Shown in pieces: positions 55,813-64,000 of a DNA stretch of 64,000 nucleotides. Both the position numbers and the translations under genes were made by a program. Origin of the DNA: Acidobacteriota bacterium (GTDB taxonomy: Bacteria > Acidobacteriota > UBA6911 > RPQK01 > JAJDTT01); contig OZ242374.1 in assembly GCA_965209055.1 (NCBI GenBank), forward strand, positions 3,680,001 to 3,744,000. Reading direction: 5' to 3'. Position 1 is the first letter of the stretch. Each line of letters begins with the position of its first letter. The notes beneath the pieces are model-generated. The model was not told where the DNA came from, did no database searches, and saw only the letters and a list, made by a program, of their open reading frames with translations.

Positions 55813-56988
55813 CTACTTGGAGTCGCCGGTCGAGGTCAATTGCGGCTCGACCCACGTGCCTCCGTTCCGTGCGGACCGGGCGGCGGCGTGGACGACGGCC
55901 AACGTCCGGAGCCCCTCCTCCCCGGCCGGATACCAGGTTGCGGCCGGGTGCGGGGCCCGTCCTTCGTCCCGGGCGCGAATCGTCTCTGCAAGATTCGAGT
56001 AGATGTTGGCGATGGCTCCTGGGAATCCCTCGGCGTGGCCGACGGTGATGCGCGACGCCAGCCGGGCCTCTCCGCTGAGCCGGACATCCCCTCGTTCCCG
56101 CGTCCGGGTCGGCTTCCCCAAGGGGGGCCAGTAGAGCTGGTTCGGATGCTCCTGGACCCAATGCAGCCCGCCAAGCTCCCCGAAGACACGGAGGTTCAGG
56201 CCGTGCTGCTGCCCGACCGCCACGGCACTCGTCCAGAGGCGGCCAGTGGCGCCGCCTGCGAATCGCAGCGCCAACAGGGCATCGTCCTCAAGCTCCCGGC
56301 TCTCGAAAACGGAGACGAAATCCGCGGAGACGCGAGTCACCTGTTGTCCGATGACGAAGCACGCCATGTGGAGCGCGTGCAGTCCGGCGTCGGCGAGCAC
56401 CGAACTCACGCCGGTCTGCTCCGGATCGTAGCGCCAGCGGACCCCGGGGTTGTCCGCGTCTGCGGCATCCGCATGCGACCCGTGGGAGAACTCCGCCACC
56501 ACGATCCGGATCCTTCCCAGCTTGCCGTCGCGAACCATGGACCGCGCCTGGCGTACCATGGGGTAGCCGCTGTAGCCGTAGTTCACTGCCAGGATCCGGT
56601 CGGCGTCGCGGGCGGTCCGGACTAGGTTCTCGCCCTCCGCCAGAGTCACGGTCAGCGGCTTTTCGCAGAGGACGTGGAAACCCGCCTCCAGAAACGCCTT
56701 GGAGATCTCATGGTGAGTGGAGTTCGGCGTGGCGACCGTCACCAAGTCGAGCCTGCCGTAGGTCGGGAGCCTCTTCTCCCGCCCAAGCATCTCGCGCCAG
56801 TCGCCGTAGGCGCGGTCCTCGGGGACCCCCAATCGGACCGCGAATTCACGGGCCCGGACGGGGTTGATGTCCAGAGCGCCAGCGACCAGTTCGAAGTGCC
56901 CGTCGAGCCTCGCGCCGATACGGTGGGCGCTCCCGATCTGGCGGGTCTCACCACCTCCCACCAGTCCCCAGTTGAGCTGGAGCGGCAT
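55813..56988 (-). CDS. Gfo/Idh/MocA oxidoreductase
   Basis: GLVGGG...IG.AH; ATPNSTH; CEKP; YSGYPMVRQA. Confidence 0.92.
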   Translation of the reverse strand: MPLQLNWGLVGGGETRQIGSAHRIGARLDGHFELVAGALDINPVRAREFAVRLGVPEDRAYGDWREMLGREKRLPTYGRLDLVTVATPNSTHHEISKAFLEAGFHVLCEKPLTVTLAEGENLVRTARDADRILAVNYGYSGYPMVRQARSMVRDGKLGRIRIVVAEFSHGSHADAADADNPGVRWRYDPEQTGVSSVLADAGLHALHMACFVIGQQVTRVSADFVSVFESRELEDDALLALRFAGGATGRLWTSAVAVGQQHGLNLRVFGELGGLHWVQEHPNQLYWPPLGKPTRTRERGDVRLSGEARLASRITVGHAEGFPGAIANIYSNLAETIRARDEGRAPHPAATWYPAGEEGLRTLAVVHAAARSARNGGTWVEPQLTSTGDSK

Positions 56989-57097
56989 CGCCGCGATCCT
57001 CCATTTTCGACACCCGGACCCGAGAACTGCCAGCGGATACCAAGCAGGTCTCCAGTTGGAAAACGATCATCACCGCGCCCAGCCGGACTGTCAATTT
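56852..57097. repeat. 246-bp imperfect direct repeat, copy 1 (5' end and upstream region of the oxidoreductase)
   Basis: Ungapped match to 59620-59865 at offset 2768. Confidence 0.9.
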
Positions 57098-57923
57098 TCT
57101 CTTCCGAGCGCAACATCGGTGCACCCTGGGAGGGGGACGTTCTTGGCCCTCTCTTCAACACCGATCTGTCCCCTCTTCAAAACGCCATGCATGGAGAACT
57201 TCGGATCGAAAAAAGCTGCACGTGTATCGTATAGGAAATGAGATCCGGATCGACTCGAACCAATGTCCCGTACATTTGGCCCCGTACATTACGTACAGGG
57301 CAGGTGGCCGGTAAGTTGGTGTACTTGGATCTCAACCAATGGATTGAACTAGCCAAAGCCCACTCTGGCCATCCAGACGGTAAAAAGAACACGGAGGTTC
57401 TCGATGCTTGCACCAGAGCGGTGGCAACTGGGGAAGCAATCTGTCCACTATCGTTCACGACCTTTCTGGAAATTTCCAAGATCCGATCTTACCGGCAGCG
57501 CCGAAGTCTAGGTCAAGTCATTGAAGCAATCTCACGCTATTTCGTAGTGACATCACTAAATGTGATTTGGACCCATGAAGTGGAAGCGGCACTTGATTCA
57601 ATCGTCGGTCCCAATCCTACGCCTATCCCATGGAATGATTATCTCGATTGGGGAATTTTTCGGGCAATGGGGATCAATGGTTCCGTGAGAATTTTGACGA
57701 AGGATAACAAAGATGTTACTTCTCAGTTTCGTCGATCCTATCCTGAAGGTACGGAAGCCTTTGATGAATACGTTGCTAAAGCACTCCTTAAGCTGAACAG
57801 GGAAATCATTGAGGGACCGGCGCCAAGTAAGAGAAATGAATTTCGCAAGCTTGGGTGGGACCCACACCGGACGTTCAAGGCCGTTGAACAGGCTGCGTTA
57901 GAGGAAGCTGCACAGGTTGCTAG

Positions 57924-59114
57924 GGAAGGTCTGAATAAGTCCTCATACGGGGCGAAACAGACCTTGTATCTCTGCCTTTTTCGGATCCAGGCGTTGTAAC
58001 GTGGGATTTGCAACCCTGAATTGGTCTTGACCAAGCGATTGCGAGACGGTTTCCCCAGCCTCAAACACAGCCGTGCCGCATTCCGATCAGGCGGTCACAC
58101 CGGAGCGCTCGGCGATCATCAGATTGGCGAATCCCACCAGCAGATAGATCCGTTGGGTGTTTTTCGCCAGCCCGCGGTAGCGCACCTTGGCGTAGCCGAA
58201 ATGCCGTTTCAGGTACCCGAACACATGTTCGGCCTTCGCCCGAACCGATGCCTTGCGCCGCTCGGCCAACGCCGCCTCACTCTCCGGCGACAGCTGCCAA
58301 CGCTTCCCGGGCTTCATCATCACCTGCCAATCCATCGGCCGATCTCGATTCTCCGACCGCTTCTGCACTCCCTGGTATCCGGAATCCCCCCAAACTTGCG
58401 ACTCCGAGCCGTGCAGCAATTCGGAGGCCCGCGTCACGTCATGCTCGTTGGCCGGAGCCGTCACCACCGTGTGCGCCACCCCCGTCTGGGCGTCCACCCC
58501 CAAGTGGGCCTTCATTCCGAAATACCACTGTTTTCCCTTTTTCGTCTGGTGCATCTCCGGATCCCGCGCCCGATCCTTGTTTTTCGTCGAGGAAGGCGCC
58601 GCCAGGATACTCGCGTCCACGATCGTCCCACGGCTCAGCCGCAGGCCTTGCCGCTGCAGGTGAGAACCGATCTCCTCGAACAGCGCCTCCCCCAGACCAT
58701 GCTCCTCCAGCCGATGACGGAACTTCAGAATCGTCGTCTCGTCCGGCAGCGGCCCCGTGAGCTTCAGGCCCACGAACCGCCGCACCGATTCCACCTCATA
58801 GAGCAGATCTTCCATCCCCGGATCGCTCAGGTTGTAAAACAGCTGCACGCAGTGAACCCGCAGCATCGTCGAGAGCGGGTAGGGACGCCGGCCCCGTCCC
58901 GCTTTCGGGTAAAACGGCTCAATCCGGGCTTCCAAATGCTCCCACGGAATCAACCCGTCCATGCGGGCCAGAAACTTCTCTCGACGGGTCACCCGCTTCT
59001 TGGTGTCGTATTCCAGATCTGCGAACGTCCGTTGCGACATCGTCTTTCCCCCCAACGCAGTGATGATGAAAGAATTATCGTGCAGAACGCTGACTCGACT
59101 TAATCAGACCTTCC
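57924..59114 (-). mobile_element. IS5-family element, copy 2
   Basis: GGAAGGTCTGA TIRs; CTAG duplication at 57920-23 and 59115-18. Confidence 0.95.
58087..59055 (-). CDS. IS5 DDE transposase
   Basis: Near-identical protein to 23603-24559. Confidence 0.95.
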   Translation of the reverse strand: MGGKTMSQRTFADLEYDTKKRVTRREKFLARMDGLIPWEHLEARIEPFYPKAGRGRRPYPLSTMLRVHCVQLFYNLSDPGMEDLLYEVESVRRFVGLKLTGPLPDETTILKFRHRLEEHGLGEALFEEIGSHLQRQGLRLSRGTIVDASILAAPSSTKNKDRARDPEMHQTKKGKQWYFGMKAHLGVDAQTGVAHTVVTAPANEHDVTRASELLHGSESQVWGDSGYQGVQKRSENRDRPMDWQVMMKPGKRWQLSPESEAALAERRKASVRAKAEHVFGYLKRHFGYAKVRYRGLAKNTQRIYLLVGFANLMIAERSGVTA

Positions 59115-59619
59115 CTAGATTCAACCAATATCCAAGATGGCGACGTGGAAGAATCCGTGACGTGATTGCTGCCCGGGAGATAGCACACGAGATCAACGTT
59201 ATCCTTGCAAAGGCATTACACGATCGTGGCATGTCCTTGAAGGATTTGGCGCCCGATATTGAGGGTCACCGCGAGATGTTCGACGCGATGCCAAGCTTCG
59301 ATGTCTGGGTGACAATGAAAGCAGAATATCACCGTGATCCGAGTCACCAGTGGACGCGCAATGATATATGCGACATTCAGGCGATGGCGGCGACAGTGCC
59401 TTACTGTGACGTAGTTGTAACTGATAAGGAGATCGCATCGCACGCGACTCGATCTGGACTGGACCACCGATTGAATACGGTTGTGTTGAGCAATCTGGCA
59501 GACTTGCTTGAGCATTTGTGATGGTACGGGTTTCCTCAAGGCGTCAATGCATTCATCCGTCTGCGTTTCCACCATATTAAGTGCGACCCGAAAGGAGACT
59601 CGTGGCGCCCACTGACAAA

Positions 59620-59865
59620 GCCCGGCTCAGGTCGATGTTCAGAGCGCCGGCGACAAATTGGACGTGTCCGTCGAGCCTCGCGCCGATGCGGTGGGCGCTC
59701 CCGATCTGGCTCGTCTCGCCACCTCCCACCAGTCCCCAGTTGAGCTTGAGCGGCATCGCCGCGATCCTCCATTTTCGACACCTGGACCCGCAAACTGCCA
59801 GCGGGTACGAAGCAGGTCTCCAGTTGGAAATCGATCATCACCGCGCCCGGCCGGACTGTCAATTT
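59620..59865 (-). pseudogene. 246-bp repeat copy 2: orphan 5' fragment of the Gfo/Idh/MocA gene
   Basis: Encodes MPLKLNWGLVGGGETSQIGSAHRIGARLDG..., then similarity stops. Confidence 0.8.
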
Positions 59866-59965
59866 CCCCTCGTCCTCTCTTCTCTATTTCCTGTTTTTCT
59901 CTTTTCTCTTTTCCTTCCGCTGTGCTGTACTGACCCACAAGCAAGACGGAAGAGGAGGTTTTGCC

Positions 59966-62767
59966 ATGAGAAGACCTTTGGGATTCCTGCTTCTGGTTGC
60001 GGTCGTGGCGGCTGCACCGGCTGCGGCGGGACCGGGAGATGCGTGGGTAACCCACACGACGTTCAAGGATTTCTCGGCGGGCCGTCTGGGCAACAGCGGG
60101 GTCAACCTCTACGCGACCCGCTCCGGGACGCTCGAGATGATCCACCGTTGGGACCTGAACAACGACGGCTACCTGGACATCCTGCTGGGGCAGGACCACG
60201 ACGTTCTGGAAAACGCCGACATACTGGTTTATTGGGGCCGAACCGGGGGGCCCGAATCCATCCTTCCGGATCTGCCGGACCACCAGCCGTTGGCCCGCCT
60301 GATGCGTCAGATCCGGCTCCGGGAAAAGGGGGTGACGCGGTTGCCCAGTCCGGGCGGCGGCCGTTCCATCGTGGTGGACCTGAATCAGGACCTCTATCCC
60401 GAACTCGTCTTCTGCAACTTCATCCACAACTACTCGGAGGACATGGCGGCCCTCATCTACTGGGGCGGACCCAACGGCTACCAGCCGGAGCACCGGACCG
60501 AACTGCCCACGATTCTGGCCGCAGGTGTGGCGGCCGGGGACTTCAACGGCGACGGATTCGTTGACCTGGCCTTCTCAAATCGGGGCATCGAAGCGGGGGA
60601 GCGTTTCGGGTTCGACCGGCATCTGGAGTCGTACGTCTACTGGAACGGTCCCCGGGGGTTCGATACGTCGCGGCGCAGCGTCGTGGCGACGGTCAGCGCC
60701 GCCGACTGCGCGGCGGGAGACCTGGACGGGGACGGTTACGCGGACCTGGTCTTCGTCAACAACAATTCCCGTCACAAGAGTGTCTACCTCTACCGTGGAA
60801 CGCCGCAGGGCATCAGTGCCGAACGTGACGAGTGGATGGGGGGCGACCCCGTCGGAGCGCACTTGGCGGACCTGGACCAGGATGGCCACCTGGATCTGGC
60901 TCTGAACCACAAGGATGATCGGGTCGTTCTTCACCGGGGGAGCAAACGGGGACCGGCCCGGGAGCCGTGGATCGAACTGCCTTCCCACGGAGCCAGGCAG
61001 ACCCGGACAGGCGACCTGAACCGGGACGAACTTCCCGAGCTGGTGTTGCCCAACGGTGGAGGCGCTTCTTCCTACGTCTACTGGAACGGCCGCCAGGGGT
61101 TCTCGGCCGAGAAGCGGAGCGAGTTGCCGACGCTGGCGGCGACGGATGCGGTGTTGGCCGACTACGACCGGGACGGGTGGGTCGACCTGGTGTTCTCCAA
61201 TGAATACGGTCACGGCACCTACGATGTGAACTCCTACGTCTATTGGAACGGTCCCGACGGATTTGACGCGGCGCACCGGAAAGAACTCCAGGGATTCGGT
61301 CCCGTGAGCGCCAGTGGCGGTGACCTGAACCGGGACGGACACATGGACCTGGTGCTCATCAACCGCTCCAGCGGCACCCACGGCCCCATCGACTCCCTCA
61401 TCTACTGGGGCAACCCCAGACACCACTACTCAATCGCCTCCGTGACCGCGATCCAGGGGACGGGAGGGCTCATGGCCAAGGCCGACCTGAATCAGGACGG
61501 CTGGGTGGACCTGGTTTTTCCCAAGGGCTGGATCTACTGGGGAGGTCCCGGCGGCTACCGCACGGATCGGAGGGCGGAACTCGAGACGGGAGGCTATTCC
61601 GTCGTCACGGCGGACCTGAATCGGGACGGTCACCTGGATCTGGTGGTGGGCGTCGGATCGGCGGACGCCCACACGCCCGATTCCACTGGGCTCATTCGGT
61701 GGGGCGGGGAAGGAGGTTTCCACCCGGACCGCAGCACCCGGTTGCCGCTTCGGGTCCGGCGTCCCATGGTGAGCTCGCTGGCCGATTTCAACCGCGACGG
61801 CTTCCTGGATCTGGTCTTCACCGACGTGGACGCCCCCAACACGGAGATCTTCTGGGGCGATGAATCGGGGAACTACGACGTGGAGCGCCGCCAGCATCTG
61901 AAGGTCCACTCGGCGTCCACCGCCGAGATTGCGGATCTCAATGCCGATGGCTGGCTGGACCTGATCCTGGGAGCGGTCTACGACCCGGAGCGGTTCGGCC
62001 GGCCCATGCGCAAGACCACGCTGCTCTGGGGAGGTTCCGACGGATTCTCGAACCGGAAGTCTCTGGTGCTGGAAGCGTTCGAATCGGAAGAGCAGGCCGT
62101 GGCGGACCTGAACCGGGACGGGTATCTGGACATCGTGATTACCAACTACCACGGGTACACGACGCGCTCGCTTCCGGTCCTCATCTACTGGGGAGGTCCG
62201 GACGGAAGCTACAGCGAGTCGCGGCGGGCCACGCTTCCCGGCGAATCCACCCTGGCGCTCTCCGTGGCCGATCTGAATCGGGACGGTTGGATGGAGCTGA
62301 TCGTGGTCAACCACGTGGAGCGGGGCGATCACGCCGTGGGCACCAACATCTTCTGGGGGGGAGAGGAGGGGTATTCCTATTCCCGCCGCGACTGGATCCA
62401 GAGTTTCGGCCCCCACTTCAGCACCAGCCACGACGTGGGCAACATCTATCACCGGCGCCTGGAGGAGGAGTACTTCTCCGCGCCGCTGGAGATCCGGGAA
62501 GGAATGCGTCCCGGGCGGCTCGAGTGGACAGCCCGGACGCCGCACGGTACCGCGGTCCGCTTTCAGATCCGGAGCGCGGTTTCGGCTGAAGCCCTGGAGC
62601 AGGCGGACTGGAAGGGGACTGGCGGGCCCGAATCCTATTTCGACAAGCCGGGTTCGGAGATCGGGGTCGGAGAAGGGGACCGGTGGCTCCAGTACCGGGT
62701 GCTGTTCACCACGCCGGACGGAGGCAGCACGCCCGTTCTGGAGGAGGTTCGCCTGCTGGCGGATTAG
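59966..62767 (+). CDS. Secreted FG-GAP/VCBS repeat protein
   Basis: Signal peptide; many DLNRDGxxDL repeats; paralog of 46611-49382. Confidence 0.9.
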   Translation: MRRPLGFLLLVAVVAAAPAAAGPGDAWVTHTTFKDFSAGRLGNSGVNLYATRSGTLEMIHRWDLNNDGYLDILLGQDHDVLENADILVYWGRTGGPESILPDLPDHQPLARLMRQIRLREKGVTRLPSPGGGRSIVVDLNQDLYPELVFCNFIHNYSEDMAALIYWGGPNGYQPEHRTELPTILAAGVAAGDFNGDGFVDLAFSNRGIEAGERFGFDRHLESYVYWNGPRGFDTSRRSVVATVSAADCAAGDLDGDGYADLVFVNNNSRHKSVYLYRGTPQGISAERDEWMGGDPVGAHLADLDQDGHLDLALNHKDDRVVLHRGSKRGPAREPWIELPSHGARQTRTGDLNRDELPELVLPNGGGASSYVYWNGRQGFSAEKRSELPTLAATDAVLADYDRDGWVDLVFSNEYGHGTYDVNSYVYWNGPDGFDAAHRKELQGFGPVSASGGDLNRDGHMDLVLINRSSGTHGPIDSLIYWGNPRHHYSIASVTAIQGTGGLMAKADLNQDGWVDLVFPKGWIYWGGPGGYRTDRRAELETGGYSVVTADLNRDGHLDLVVGVGSADAHTPDSTGLIRWGGEGGFHPDRSTRLPLRVRRPMVSSLADFNRDGFLDLVFTDVDAPNTEIFWGDESGNYDVERRQHLKVHSASTAEIADLNADGWLDLILGAVYDPERFGRPMRKTTLLWGGSDGFSNRKSLVLEAFESEEQAVADLNRDGYLDIVITNYHGYTTRSLPVLIYWGGPDGSYSESRRATLPGESTLALSVADLNRDGWMELIVVNHVERGDHAVGTNIFWGGEEGYSYSRRDWIQSFGPHFSTSHDVGNIYHRRLEEEYFSAPLEIREGMRPGRLEWTARTPHGTAVRFQIRSAVSAEALEQADWKGTGGPESYFDKPGSEIGVGEGDRWLQYRVLFTTPDGGSTPVLEEVRLLAD

Positions 62768-62821
62768 CGGACTGATGGGAAGACGCGATCCGGCGGCCTC
62801 GCCTCGTGTTTGGAGGCTCGC

Positions 62822-63202
62822 CTATTTGGCGCCCGACCCCTCCCGCTTGGCCGGCTTCATCGCGGACACTTTGATGTCGTCCTCGGAGAACTCCCCCGTC
62901 ACCTCGGCCCGGAAGTTCTCCCTGACCTTGGCGGCTTCCAGCAGTTTCAGGGCCTGCTCGTCTCCCGCCGGGTCGAACTTGAGGAACCGCCCTTCCAGGA
63001 TCAGGCCGAAGCCGCTGGCCTTGCAACTCTCCATCAAGGCGCAGGCCACCGTGTGTTTGGCTGTCTTCTCGGCGTTGGCCGCAACCCGGGCGCCGCAGGC
63101 CGCGTCCATGACCACTCCGGTCTTGGTCTCCGGACCGGCGAGGACCAGCATCGAGCCGGCCGCGATGAGGCAGGAAAAACGGATCAGGTGCGCTCGCTTC
63201 AT
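62822..63202 (-). CDS. Small secreted hypothetical protein
   Basis: Signal peptide; GVVMDAAC...HTVACALMESCKASGFG. Confidence 0.7.
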   Translation of the reverse strand: MKRAHLIRFSCLIAAGSMLVLAGPETKTGVVMDAACGARVAANAEKTAKHTVACALMESCKASGFGLILEGRFLKFDPAGDEQALKLLEAAKVRENFRAEVTGEFSEDDIKVSAMKPAKREGSGAK

Positions 63203-63346
63203 ATTGGATCCCTCATGACATCGTTGGGTGTTGCTGCCTGTCCGGATATTGAAACATAGCCGCCACGGCTCTGCACGATGGTTGCCCGCCCGGGCCCGTC
63301 GCTTCATGATAGGGGCCGATTTCGGGGATGAGCCAATGAGGAAACC

Positions 63347-64000
63347 ATGTTGAGAATGCGAATTCACACTATCTTGATCGGGGGATGGATCGTTCTTTCC
63401 TTGTTCTCAGGGAACGGAGCCGCCCAGAGTCCGGGAAGCCTGGTGCTCACACCGGGAGTCCGCCACCTCTTCCTGGACGACTACCTCCTGGGGAATCTCT
63501 ACCGGGTTCGGCGCGTCATTCACCAGCCGTACCGGTACGAGGGAAGTCCCGTGGTCCGGGCGGACCAGCCCTGGGAGATCCGGCCGGGCCGATACGCCGC
63601 TCCCGGGACGACTCCGGTGGAGAGCCGGGCAATCCAGGTCACCAGCGTCCCGTCCTGGGACCCTGGCGAGAAGGTCTGGAAAATGTGGTACCACGGAGGT
63701 CCGGGAAAAACCGCGTTCGCACGCTCTCGGGAGGGCATCGTCTGGGAAAAGCCGGCGTTGGGTGTTAAGGAGTTCCGGGGCTCCCGGGAGAACAATCTGG
63801 TGGCGGTTCGGGGAGAGCCGGACGCCCTCGTCCAGCATGTCATCCTGGATCCGCAAGGGACCGGCGATCGCAGATACAAGGGGCTGCTGGGACCGAGGGA
63901 CCGCCGGCCCGTCGTCTCCGCCGACGGCTACGTGTTCACCAAGCTGGACGTGCCTCCCATTCCGAGCCAGGACACGTCCCAACTGACCTACGACGAACTG
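63347..64000 (+). CDS. Secreted beta-propeller (GH32-like) protein, partial; paralog of 12212-13780
   Basis: MLRMRIH...HLFLDDY...PVVRADQPWE...WKMWY...SREGIVWEKP; open to the window end. Confidence 0.75.
   Translation, partial: MLRMRIHTILIGGWIVLSLFSGNGAAQSPGSLVLTPGVRHLFLDDYLLGNLYRVRRVIHQPYRYEGSPVVRADQPWEIRPGRYAAPGTTPVESRAIQVTSVPSWDPGEKVWKMWYHGGPGKTAFARSREGIVWEKPALGVKEFRGSRENNLVAVRGEPDALVQHVILDPQGTGDRRYKGLLGPRDRRPVVSADGYVFTKLDVPPIPSQDTSQLTYDEL

Larger units (their letters stand above)
57238..59521 (+). pseudogene. Divergent PIN-like protein gene (362 aa when restored), disrupted by IS5
   Basis: VYLDLN at the N-terminus; ND..D...A.VPYCDVVVTD at the C-terminus; removing the IS and one CTAG gives in-frame ...QVAR-FNQY... 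Confidence 0.8.

Overview
High-GC bacterial chromosomal window. The gene content (DUF1549/DUF1553 cytochrome plus DUF1501, PVC-type CxxCH protein, FG-GAP proteins, sialidase, Gfo/Idh/MocA enzymes, sugar ABC system) suggests an Acidobacteriota- or PVC-like heterotroph; this is inference only. The main discovery is a ~12.4 kb tyrosine-integrase element (18749-31176) inserted in the loop of a REP-like palindrome. It is bounded by a 7-bp TTTCCTA duplication, and removing it restores GGAGTGGGGG-TTTTCCTA-CCCCCACTCC. Each end carries an IHF-like site and an identical 19-bp arm-type repeat. Its cargo is defence-like: a NucS-type nuclease, a DUF262-HNH-AlbA/Schlafen fusion and a methyltransferase-nuclease fusion, plus an IS5 and a plasmid repA remnant. 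The integrase and an overlapping Xis-like ORF are split by a group II intron (28108-30019) whose EBS1/EBS2 match the integrase start-codon region. Other features: an 82-bp REP-doublet tandem array, a GGGACAGTCACCTC motif bracketing small cargo cassettes, and an integrase-less islet carrying an IS5-disrupted PIN-like gene between 246-bp diverged duplications. Family calls come from motif recognition by eye; no database searches were run.
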